Shown here: positions 23,350 through 33,796 of the stretch, one piece after another
How the letters are laid out: each line of letters opens with the position of its first letter
How positions within the stretch are numbered: position 1 is the stretch's first letter
Notes under the pieces: generated by a model
Told to the model about the DNA's origin: nothing
The model's database searches: none
What the model saw: the letters and a program-made list of their open reading frames with translations, nothing else
Assembly: GCF_000372725.1 (NCBI RefSeq)
Contig: NW_005201792.1
Location: 437,440-501,439, forward strand
Direction of reading: 5' to 3'
Length of the DNA: 64,000 bases
Source: Emiliania huxleyi CCMP1516
Lineage: Eukaryota
Program-made: the position numbers and the translations under genes

Positions 23350-24440
23350 ATGTGTATGCTCCGCTCGGCGTCGTGCGTGTCGCGGCTGCCCACGCGCGCG
23401 CGCCCTGTCTCGCGCGCGCTGTCGAGCCGGGCCGGCGGCGGCGGCCGGCGCGGCGGCGACTCGTCCGGCGCCGACGGCCAGCACCTGCACGTGCTCTTCC
23501 CGCGAAAGGGCGCCTACCAGGCCAGCATGGAGGTCAAGAAGCGGATCCTGTACGCGACGCCTCACATGGGCGGCAACAAGCTCAAGAAGCTTGCGCGCCT
23601 CCACGCGCGCAAGGGCACGATGGACTCCTTCGTCGCCGATCTCGAGTCGCGCCTCGACCGCTTCATCTACCGCTGCAACCTGGTGCCGTCGATATTCGCG
23701 GCGCGGCATGTGATTGGCCACAAGCACATCCTCGTCAACGGCTTCCCCACGAATCGCTCCTCGCTGCTGCTCAAGCCCATGTCCATCGTCGAGCCGCGGC
23801 CCAGCTCGAAGGCCCTCTTCCGCCGGCTGGCGCGCCGCCGCCTGCGCTCCAACACCTTTGCCATCGCCCCGAGCGCGCTGCCGGAGGAGGAGGAGGAGGA
23901 GAAGGAGGAGGGCGGCGAGGCGGCGCCGGGCCGTCGATCAGGAGCCGACCAGAGGGCCGACCTTGATCACCTCCTCGCCGACGCCACCCCGCCGCGTGTG
24001 TACCGCCTCCCGCCTCCCGTGGCGGGAGCAGCTGCGCCCGCCGGCAGCCTTGGCTCGGCGTCGCATGCGAGCCGTCTGGAGCAGGCGCGGGGCTCTCCCT
24101 CCCCCCCTCCCCCCACCCCAACACAACCACCCTTCCGCGCACCGCCACCACCCACGCGCCCTCGCCGCCGCGCGGCCGCGCCCTCTCCCGACTGCAGGTG
24201 CTGCTCTCTGTCCTCCCGGCCCTAGCCTCCGGCCCTGCGGCGGACATGCTGTGGGCGCGCCACGCGGACCTGGCGGTGCGGGCGCCGGCGCAGCGCGCAG
24301 GCGCGGGCGGCGCGCCTCCCATCTCTGTCACGTCTAGCGACTCGGAGGGCGGGCGCACACCGCTGCTGACCCTCGACCGGCTGCGGGTGCGAAAGATCCT
24401 GCTCGCGCTGCTCGCCCTCGCGCCAGGCGCCGGCGAGTAG
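23350..24440 (+). CDS. rps4: Nucleus-encoded mitochondrial ribosomal protein S4 (uS4m)-like
   Basis: S4 motif LESRLDRFIYRCNLVPSIFAARHVIGHKHILVNG. R/S/L-rich presequence. GC-AG intron at ~24085-24197. Confidence 0.75.
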
Positions 24441-25061
24441 GCGTGTGGTCGAAGGGTCGAGGGGGCGCGCCCGCCGCGTACGCCTTCCCCTACGGGCATT
24501 TCTCTTTCACGCCAATGGCGCGTTCGCGGGTGTGTTCGCGCCTCGCGCCTTGGGCCCTGCTGGGGGGTCCTGCCGACCTCCACCGACCTGGGCCGCCGGG
24601 CATGCCGCCGGGGTTTCTTAGCGGTTTATTGAGAGCGTTCTCTCTCGCTCGCTCTCGTCGAGTCTACTTTGTAGATCGATGATTGACAGTCAGGTTCCTC
24701 AGGACGAGATCTCACACGAAAACGTAACATGCAGAGAATTGCAGATGCGAGATGGCACGGCACAGGGCACACCCACACGGGTCACGGCGCACGCGACACG
24801 GATCACGGTCTCGCGTTTGATGCGCTACGAGATACCCACACCCGGCACTCAGTCACTGATCCCCCCCCCCCCCCCCCTTTATATGACGAGGCTACTGCGT
24901 ACTGGTGCCTGCAGCGGCTGAGTGCACATGACGACACGCCCGTACAGCCGGACACGGTGTTGTGAGCAGCTGCTCGCCTGTGATACTGTCCGCACTGCTT
25001 GTGCATCGGTCGTCTCTTCAACGCCGGTGCCGTGGTGCTGTCTTCCCTCCTCAGTCTCCCC

Positions 25062-26234
25062 TCAGAGTTCGACCGTCTCCGACTTGACGACGCCTTCGGA
25101 GGGGCTGGCGTCCCGCCCGGCCTCGTCGTCAAGTCGGAGACCCGCCCTGCTCGACGACGGCGGACGGTCGCCGCAGCGATAGCCGTGGTACTGCGATTTT
25201 GCGGCGGGGGGAGAAGGGTGGGGGTCTGCGGGGGCGCCAAAAGAGGGGGGGCAGAGGGGCGTCTGCACCCTGCTGCTCTCCGAGTCCCAGGAGCTAGCCA
25301 CCCTGCTGACGACCGAGGCGATGGCGAGGACAAACACGACAAGCGAAGCCGCGAGGAGGGCCCCGGCGGCCGCCCGCCAGGCCGAGAAGTTGCGCACCAG
25401 CGCGGCCAGGTTGGAGGGGTGCGCAAACAGGCGCGGCGTCACGTCGTCGAGGCTCCACCACGGCGGCGGAGGCGCGGGCGGGGGGGCGAAGCGGGGCGGC
25501 GGCGGCGAGCGGAGTCTTCGGGGCGGGGGCGGCGAGCGCACTCGCCGAGGCGGGGGCGACGACCGGACGGGGGGCGGCGGCGGCGGAGGAGGAGGTCGAT
25601 GCGGCGGCGGCGGCGCGTGCGCGTGGACGAGCCGGAGTCGCGCGAGGGCAGAGAAGAGGGCGTTGCTCCAGTAGGAGCTGGGGTGGAGGGGGGCGGGCAC
25701 GCGCTTGGAGGGCGGCCTGGAGGCGGGCGGCGGCCTGGAGGCGGGCGGCGGCGGCGGTGGCGCCGCGCCGACCAGCGCCGCGCTGATCGAGTCGAACATC
25801 TCGGACAGAAAGGAGCCGGGGTGGGCGGTGGCGGTCTCGCGCGGCGACGCGTACTGGCGCGCAGGAGCGTGCGCCTTGGCCGAGGGAGCGAGCTGCTCGT
25901 GGCTCACCTCGGCGACCGAGGCGGCGGCCGCCGCCGCCGCGCCAAACGCGGTGAACAGGTAGGAGCTCGGCCGCCGGTGCTGCAGCGGCGGTTCGTCGTA
26001 TCCTTGGATCGGCTCCGTCGCCTTGGCACGCGGGGGAAAGGACCATCCGGTGCCGTACAGCGCCTTTGGGGGCCGCTCGCCCTTGGTCGCGCTGCTCTCC
26101 CCCACCCACGACCGACGCGACCGCGGCTTGTGCTCCTCGTCAACGCGGAGGAGTGAGCGCGCGTGCTGATCTTGTGCTCCTCCGTCCAGCGACGCGACGG
26201 CTGAAATGCTGCACAGAGTCAGGATGGCGCTCAT
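25062..26234 (-). CDS. Hypothetical secreted/membrane Pro-rich protein
   Basis: Signal-like MSAILTLCSISAVASL, Pro-rich spacer, and one C-terminal TM segment (AAAGALLAASLVVFVLAIASVV). Confidence 0.5.
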   Translation of the reverse strand: MSAILTLCSISAVASLDGGAQDQHARSLLRVDEEHKPRSRRSWVGESSATKGERPPKALYGTGWSFPPRAKATEPIQGYDEPPLQHRRPSSYLFTAFGAAAAAAASVAEVSHEQLAPSAKAHAPARQYASPRETATAHPGSFLSEMFDSISAALVGAAPPPPPPASRPPPASRPPSKRVPAPLHPSSYWSNALFSALARLRLVHAHAPPPPHRPPPPPPPPPVRSSPPPRRVRSPPPPRRLRSPPPPRFAPPPAPPPPWWSLDDVTPRLFAHPSNLAALVRNFSAWRAAAGALLAASLVVFVLAIASVVSRVASSWDSESSRVQTPLCPPSFGAPADPHPSPPAAKSQYHGYRCGDRPPSSSRAGLRLDDEAGRDASPSEGVVKSETVEL

Positions 26235-26298
26235 ACACCGCCCGCGGCAAGGCGCGAGACACACCGCGCGAATTACGACCAACCGGCACTCCGCCTCA

Positions 26299-26506
26299 GG
26301 GTTCCGGCTCCTAGCCAGATAGGGGGTCTCCGCCAATAGGTAGGTAGGTCCGGTTTTGACCGCCCCAGAGGGCCCTGCAACAGGTAGGTACCCCATATTT
26401 TCGTCTTTTTTCGCTTCGCTGCGCGGCCTGGGGGTAGGTAGGTAGGTAGGCGTTTTGGCGCGAGTCATGGTAAACAGACCCCCTATCTGGCTAGGAGCCG
26501 GAACCC
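26299..26506. mobile_element. MITE with perfect 31-bp terminal inverted repeats
   Basis: gggttccggctcctagccagatagggggtct (26299-26329) is the exact reverse complement of 26476-26506. Confidence 0.85.
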
Positions 26507-26741
26507 AGGGTAGAATGGGTTCGGGCTCCAAGCCGACAGGGGATGGTACGTATTGCATCGCGTGAGAGCAGACCCACTTAGCACTGCCAGGGCGCCCGAG
26601 AAAACATCATCAAACGACAGACTACCGGTACCACGTGGTTCCAATCTGAAGCTCCGAGAAAGCAGTGTGCCCATCCCCGCAGCAAGCACCTACCACCAGG
26701 CCAGCCCGAGCGAGCCAAACGCTCGGCCAAAGCAAGATGCC

Positions 26742-27204
26742 TCACTCCTCCTCCCTCACGCCACCGCGCCTGCCTGGCTTCGAGCTGGCAGCCTCCTCGC
26801 CGTGTAGTCGGGCCGCAGCGGCGCGCCTCCTGTCCAGATCGGCCTTTGCGACCTCGGCCTCCTCTCTCGTTCTCGGCGGCCGCTGCCCCTCCGCCGGGTA
26901 CGACACGTACTGCCTCGACATGACCAGCCACTCCACCTGCGCAAGCGCAGGCGCGGCCCCGGGTTGGGAGCGCGGCGCGCGCGGTAGGCCGGCCGGAGAG
27001 GGCGTGGGCCCGGCGCGCCGCTTTGTCGTTCATAAACACGGCGGCCGTCGCAATGGGGGCTATGATGACCAGGATGAACTTGAAGTTCTCCAGCACCATC
27101 GTGCTGAGGAGCGACCGCCCGCTGCCCTTCCACATCGACCGGCGCCCACGGACCGTCGGGCCGCGCGCTGCGCGGGCGAGCGTCCGGCTGCCCAGGAGCC
27201 ACAT
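26742..27204 (-). CDS. Pet100-like cytochrome c oxidase assembly protein
   Basis: LENFKFILVIIAPI...RQYVSYPAEGQRPP with a mitochondrial-type presequence. One GC-AG intron. Confidence 0.6.
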
Positions 27205-27434
27205 GCGTGGACGACGAGGTGCGGTGTGTAGAGCTTCGCGGCAGCGTGAACCGCCGGCGCTCGGACGCTTGGTTCCGAGAGACTTCCTCTGAAAGAAATC
27301 GCGCATGGTAGCTGTTCTTAGATTTGCCAACCATTCCTGCGAGCGAGTGCGTGAATCGATTCTTCCACCAGTTTCGATCGGCCTTTGTTGGCCGGCATCC
27401 ATCCAAGTCTCTTGCCGCTCCCGGGCTCCTCCAG

Positions 27435-30400
27435 ATGTCGCTCCACCCGAGCACGCGCCACATCATCAAGCTGACCACCCACCCGTCGCAGTTCGACGTC
27501 GAGCCGGAGCCGATCCGCTGGGCAAAAGCCGACCCGCACGAGCGAGGGCCGGTGGTCGCCACCGTTACGCACCCCGGGCGCCGCAATGCCGTCGGCGCGC
27601 ACAGCGGCACGTACTCGGTGTACCGCGCGGTCGCGCTGGCCGCACACGCCTCGCCCGCCGGCTTCCGTCCGGACTTCACCAACACGCTGCCGCCGTGTCA
27701 GATCGGGCCGCACCCCGCGTGGTCGAAGCCTGGCGCGATTGTCTCGCTCGACCCGTGGGGGCACCTTCCGCAGGAGATCTTCGCCAAGCGGATGGCGTCC
27801 GGCGAGCTGGACGTGCGGCCGACCATCTCGGTGACGCGGAGCCACCTCGACCTCCCAGAGATCAAGGAGGCGGTCTCTGTCGGCCGGCTCACGCCCGACG
27901 CAAAGTTCCTGATGGCGGACGGCGCCGTCGTCACGACAAAGGCGGCGATCGAGCCGGTCTGGCACCTGCCGGGCGTGGCGCGGCGGTTCGGTGCGGACGA
28001 GCTTCGCTCGGCGCTCCCTCCCTCCTCCCCGCCGACGGCTGTGCGCCCCCCTGCGGTCAGGCGTGGAGGAGAGCCATCTTCGGCGCGTGCTGTACGAGCA
28101 CACGGGTGGCATGTTCCCGGAGCTGGTGACGCGGGCGGACCTCGAGATCTTCCTGCCGCCGATCAACGGGCTCACCATCTACATGGTGGGCGATGTCGCC
28201 ACCATCCCCGACCCCGACGCGCCTCTCGTGGTGCGGAGACCGCCCGCAGGGAGGGAGAGGGTGGGAGAGAGAGGCAGGGAGGGAGAGGGTGGGAGAGAGA
28301 GGCAGGGAGGGAGAGGGTGGGAGAGAGGCAGGCAGGGAGGGAGAGGGTGGGAGAGAGAGGCAGGGAGGGAGAGGGAGTGTGAGCTCCTCGGCCCCTGTCG
28401 CCCGCGTGACACCGGTGGCTGCCTTGCCAGGTGCGGCTGCACGACGAGTCGTACGACGCGGAGCTCTTCGGTCCCTGTCTAGTCTGAGACACTCCTCGCC
28501 ACAAAATGGCTACACACACCTGCGAGACGCCTCCCCAGACACTCGTCGACGACGCGCGGAGCTCCTGCCCTCGAGCGCCGAATCTCGGCTCGCCTCGGCT
28601 CCTCTCTGCCAGCCTCGCCGCTTCCTCGCGCAGGCTCCCACGCGAGCACCGGCCGGCTCTGGCTCGTCTACGGCATCGAGGAGTGCGTGCGCGCCGCGCA
28701 GGCGGGCGGCTGCGGGCTGATCGTCTACGCGAGGCAGGAGGGGAACGCGCTGGGCGAGGTCGCAAAGTTCTTGGTCCACAACGCGCGCGCAAAGTCGCAG
28801 CAGGCGGCGCCTCGCCCTCTCTTCCCTCCCCCCCCCCTCCTCTCGCCCCCGGGCTCCCTCCCTCGCTCCACGCGCCGACCAGCCGCACGCAAGGAAGCCG
28901 CACGCACCGCCCTTGCGGGGGGCGTCAGTCCCTCGCCCACCCCTCGCCCGCCGCCCGCCGCGCCCCTCGCCGCTCCGCAGGGCTCCGACGTGCGACAGAG
29001 AGAGGAGGAGACGGAGCGGGTGACCGGCGCAGCCGACGTGCGGCTGTACGAGCTCTGCGCCGACCCCCTCCTCTGGCTCGGCACCTCTCGCAGACGCCTC
29101 CCAGACTCGGACTAGACGCCTCCCAGACGCCACCCAGACACCACCTAGAGACACCTCCTACACTCCCCCCCCCCCCGCTCGGCACACGTCCCGACCTCGC
29201 GCCTCGCTCCCTCTCTGCCTGCGCGGCTCTCCCTGCACGCCGCCGCGCTCAGAGCGCAGGCGTCCATCCATTCACACATGAAGGAAAGAATACAGTAGAG
29301 GCACCCCGCGGACCTCCTATCATGACGTGACATGATGCCACGTGGCATGCAGGCATCTCGCGGATCCACACCTTCGTCACCTCTTCGGGCGCAAAGACTC
29401 GCGCGGTGCAGGCGGCCGGCATCGAAATCATCAAGACCGTCAAGCTGCCTGCCTCGCTGCTGCCTCCGTCCGCGATCGCCGAGGCGCGCGCGTCTGGCCC
29501 CTCGCCCGCGTCGCGTCGCCCTCGCCCGCGTCGCGAGTGCCGGCCCCGCGCCTCACCGCCGCCGCCCCCTCCGCAGGCCAACTTCAAGGAGGAGCGCAGC
29601 AAGGGAAGCTTCTCGAACCCCGTCTCGCCCCTCATCGGCTCCAACAACGGGCCGCCGGTCCCGCCCGCGCCGCTGCTCGAGGGCCCAGCCTCGCCGCGCC
29701 GCAGCGGCGCGCCGGCGCACCGCTTCATCTCGCTCACCTCGCACGCGGCCCAGTTCTCGGTGTCGCCGCTCCCGGTGCGGTGGGGCGCGGCGGAGCCGGC
29801 GAGTCGCGGCGCGGTGGTTGCGACGCTCGCCCACCCGCAGCACCGCAACGCGATCGGGACGCACAACGGTCCGTACGCGGTCTACCGCGCGGTCGGCATC
29901 GCAAAGCAAATCATCGACCCGTCCCGCCCTCTCGACCTGCAGAGCACCGAGCCCCCCCGTCGCCGTCGGGCCGGCCGGCGAGCGGCGTCTCTTCACGGCC
30001 TGGGCTGTGAACAGGCACCGAGCCCGTCGTCACCATCGGGCCGTACCCCTCGTGGTACAACGCGGACGCCATCGTCGCGCTCGACCCGTGGGGCGCGATG
30101 GTGTCGGCGCCCGACTCGGCGCTCTCCGCCGCCGCGCGCGCTCGCGGCGTGAGCGTGCAGCCCTCCATCGCAATCTCGCGCTTCGAGGCGCGCATGCCCG
30201 AGATCGTCGAGGCGCTGCGCGAGGGGCGGCTCTCCGCGGACGGCACGATCCTGCGCGAGGGCGGCGTCGTCTCCTGCATCAAGGCCTCCATCGAGCCTGT
30301 CTGGCACCTGCCCGGCATCGCGCGCCGCTTCAAGCTCGACGAGGAGGCGCTGCGCCGCAAGCTGTTCGAGCACACGGGTGGCATGTTCCCGGAGCTGGTG

Positions 30401-31263
30401 ACGCGGGCGGACCTCGAGATCTTCCTGCCGCCGATCGGCGGCTGCACCGTCCGCCAGCTCTGGCGACGAGCCCCCCTCTTGCGAGCCGCGCGCCTCTTCA
30501 CGGCCGCGCGCGTGAACAGGTCCTCATCTTTGGAGACGAGGCGTCCATCCCGGACACGTCGCGGCCGCTGGTCGTGCGGGTGCACGACGAGTGCAACGGC
30601 TCCGACGTCTTCGGCTCCGACATCTGCACGTGCCGCCCCTACCTGCTGCACGGCATCGAGGAGTGCGTGCGGGCGGCGCAGGCGGGCGGCGCGGGCGTCA
30701 TCGTGTACAACCGAAAGGAGGGGCGCGCCCTGGGCGAGGTCACCAAGTTCATGGTGTACAACGCGCGCAAGCGGCAGGCGGGCGGCGACTCCGCCCAGAA
30801 CTACTTCAAGCGGACGCGCCAGATCGCGGGCGTGGAAGACATGCGCTTCCAAGAGCTGATGCCTGACCCGCTGCTGTGGCTCGGCGTGCGGAAGATAGAC
30901 CGCTTCATCTCGATGTCGGACATGAAATACGACGCGGTGGTTGGCGCGGGCATCGAGATTGTCACGCGCGTCGACATCCCGGAGGAGCTCATCCCCGCCG
31001 ACGCAAAGGTGGAGATCGACGCCAAGATGTACGCCGGCTACTACGCGGGCGACAAGCAGGTCAAGTCCTGGGAGGAGCTCAACCAGACGGTCGGCCGCAA
31101 GGCGGCGGACGACGAGGCGGCGGCCGCCGCCGCCGCCGCAAAGGCGGCGGCCCGAGCCGCGATCGCAGGCGGGAAGAATGGCGGCCGGGAGAAGGGGCTC
31201 CACCTCAGTTTCGATCACGAACACGATCCGGCAGACGCGCCGTGCTTGCCTTGCGAGGAGTGA
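27435..31263 (+). CDS. Tandem URC1/Urg1-type GTP cyclohydrolase II-like fusion (degenerate N-copy + intact C-copy), multi-exon
   Basis: Two GTP_CH_N + GCH-II units (RNA.G.H.G.Y.VYRA, LDPWG, KA.IEPVWHLPG, TGGMFPELVTR). Unit 2 has RVHDECNGSDVFGSDICTCRPYL and EGRALGEV. Confidence 0.85.
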
Positions 31264-31542
31264 CAGGCGGCCTGTGCCCCGCATGCACAAGACATGGACC
31301 TCTGTATGTTTGACCGTGCGGCGCGCAACAGCGCCCGCTCTGGGTGTAAACTATCACGCACACTAGCCGAATAGGGCAAAGCACCCCCGCCGCTGCGCAC
31401 CGACACTCAGCCAGCTTGGCTGGACACACATTCTGACATACGTCACCTAGAGCAGAACAGCATTACTTACGTGTGGCGAACTCGCTGGCCGCGAGGCCGG
31501 ACGAGAGCGTGTCGCATGTGTCATGACCTCGTCTACGCATTC

Positions 31543-32883
31543 TCACAATAGCCGCCCCTGCGAGCGGTCCGCGCCCTCACGCTCCGCCAACTGGCCAAGG
31601 ACGTAGCTGTTACCGCAAAGGGCGAGAGACACGGCCACCAGCAGTGCTCGACGCACGCCTGGGGCGACTTGCCACTGCAGCTCCACCGCAAAGACGCCCG
31701 AACAAAGCAGGTAGCCGCCACGGTAGACGAACGTGTCGAGCAGCGGCTTTGCGACAAACTGGACCTCGGGTGACATTGCCGCATACAAGCCCTCCTTGGT
31801 GGGCTTGTTAAGTGAATAATGAGTCACCCTTCGGGCGGCGTCAACAAGAGCGATGGTGTAGACCGATGGCCGGATGAGCAGCGGAATGAAGCTGGCCAAG
31901 AGGGAGGAGGGCAAAACGAGCAGAGCGCCAGTGACACCGATGCCTCTCAACGCATGAGGGAACACAACCAGCTGGATTATCACTGTGCACACCGAGACAA
32001 AAAGGTTGATTGACGCAAACAGTTGGTATCGTGCTTGCTCAACGCCTGATCCGTCGTCATTGTCAGGGATGGCATCAGTAATAATGGCAGCCTTCTCATA
32101 CCAGATGCCAAGCGTTAAGTAGGTCGTGAGGAGTGTGTTAAGTGTCACCTGGCGCATGAAATGCGTGCTGATGAGCAGTTTCAGCCCATGACATTTGGGG
32201 GTCGAGACCCCAGATGTTGCAACCTCGGATCCATGGTCCCTACTTGTGTGCTCCTCCACTTCCTTTCTCCCCCGCGTCGCGCGAAGACTGACGAGCTGCG
32301 TTGCAGCCTCCATCAGCACAGAAGAGACGAGCACGAGCACGATTGACCCACCCAATGCTTCATTCAGAAATGGCCCGCTCGCTGAGGCTAGCATCTGACC
32401 GATCTGCGCGGCCGCTCCTAACATCCCGTATACTCGCTTGGCTTCTTCGCTTGTGTGGACTGAGGCCATGCGCGCCCAGAAAGTGGTCATGATGAAGAGA
32501 CCATAAACGGAGACGAAAAAATAGAGGCAGATGGAGACGGGCCGCTCGTGTGGCAGCACGCCACGGCGGCAAAGCTCATATAGCGCTCCGATCAGGCAGA
32601 GCCCACACTGAACGGTCCGGTTCAACGTGGGCATCACTTGCCGGATCGGCATCGCGTGCACCATCGCCGCGTACACCCAATTGACAAGCCCAACCACTAG
32701 CACATTGACGACGCTGACCAAGGGCAGGTTCTTCAGCCCGAGTGAGAGGGCGATGACGTCACAGAGCGGCTGAACGTAGTAATAGGAGCCGACCAGGAAG
32801 AATGCGCCACCACAGGAGTACAATAGGCCGTTGTCGAGGTCGGCGCGCTCTACCGCGCACACGCTACGCCACGACTCCCCCAT
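31543..32883 (-). CDS. NTT/TLC-like (ATP/ADP translocase-related) MFS transporter
   Basis: About 12 TM segments. Motifs TTFW...EEAKRVYG and RRVTHYSLNKPTKEGLY...AKPLLDTFVYRGG. Confidence 0.8.
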   Translation of the reverse strand: MGESWRSVCAVERADLDNGLLYSCGGAFFLVGSYYYVQPLCDVIALSLGLKNLPLVSVVNVLVVGLVNWVYAAMVHAMPIRQVMPTLNRTVQCGLCLIGALYELCRRGVLPHERPVSICLYFFVSVYGLFIMTTFWARMASVHTSEEAKRVYGMLGAAAQIGQMLASASGPFLNEALGGSIVLVLVSSVLMEAATQLVSLRATRGRKEVEEHTSRDHGSEVATSGVSTPKCHGLKLLISTHFMRQVTLNTLLTTYLTLGIWYEKAAIITDAIPDNDDGSGVEQARYQLFASINLFVSVCTVIIQLVVFPHALRGIGVTGALLVLPSSLLASFIPLLIRPSVYTIALVDAARRVTHYSLNKPTKEGLYAAMSPEVQFVAKPLLDTFVYRGGYLLCSGVFAVELQWQVAPGVRRALLVAVSLALCGNSYVLGQLAEREGADRSQGRLL

Positions 32884-33796
32884 CTGTCCCTCGGGAAGTG
32901 AAGAGTCGCCGGATCCGAACCGAGGACCCAGACGCGCATGCTCCGTCCGCGTCGAGGAGCAGGCCGGTTCGGGAGTTCGGGAGCGCGGATTGTGGATTTT
33001 CTTCGGACGCACGGTAATTGAGCGGGGCGGTAGCCTTTCTTCACACCGGAGTACTGGTGCACCCAGCCCTCACACACAGAGCCTGGCTCTGTTGTGAGAA
33101 AGATGCATACGGACGGAGGCGCCGAACGAAAGACAAAGTGACCGATGTGCCTATCTATGGCTGAGCCGGTGAGCCGCCCAACCAATGGCCCTCGCCCTCT
33201 ATTTAGCCTACCACAGCCGAGCGCCTCGCGCCCCCCGGACAAACAAATGATGTGTGAGTGTTAGAGTTGTTTGGTATTGGCGCCGCTCCCGTCAATCTCC
33301 CGCTAACGGACCTTACCCGCCTGTAACCTCTTTAAGGTATTGCTAAAAAATCTCTCTCTCCCCCCCCCGGCCCTGGTCCCCGCGACAACGATTCGCGCAC
33401 CCCACCGTATAGCGAGCGTTACCCACCGACCTTCGTCCCCTTCCTTCTGCCACCATGCAAGGGCCTGATGGCGAGCGATGGCATCGATCGGAGCCTCGCC
33501 TTTTCACACGTTGTATAGATTCACAGGTCGCGCACAGAGCACCTGTCTGTCGCGCGTAGAGTCATGGATGCGTGGACCGTGGTTGGTGGCCGCTTTCGAC
33601 CGCGCCCCGCGCCTCGCCAAGGATCGCGGTGCCGCTCCAGCGCACGCCTTCCTTAGCTGCGCAGGCACCCTCTCGAGTAGTGTGTGCCCTCGGGGCGCTT
33701 CATTGCCCAGTTGCCGTCCCGGCAACTCAACAGGCACAGTACGTGGGCGCGAGTATTCCTGCTGCACGTCTCTCGCGCCCTCCTCCACGAGCCTAA

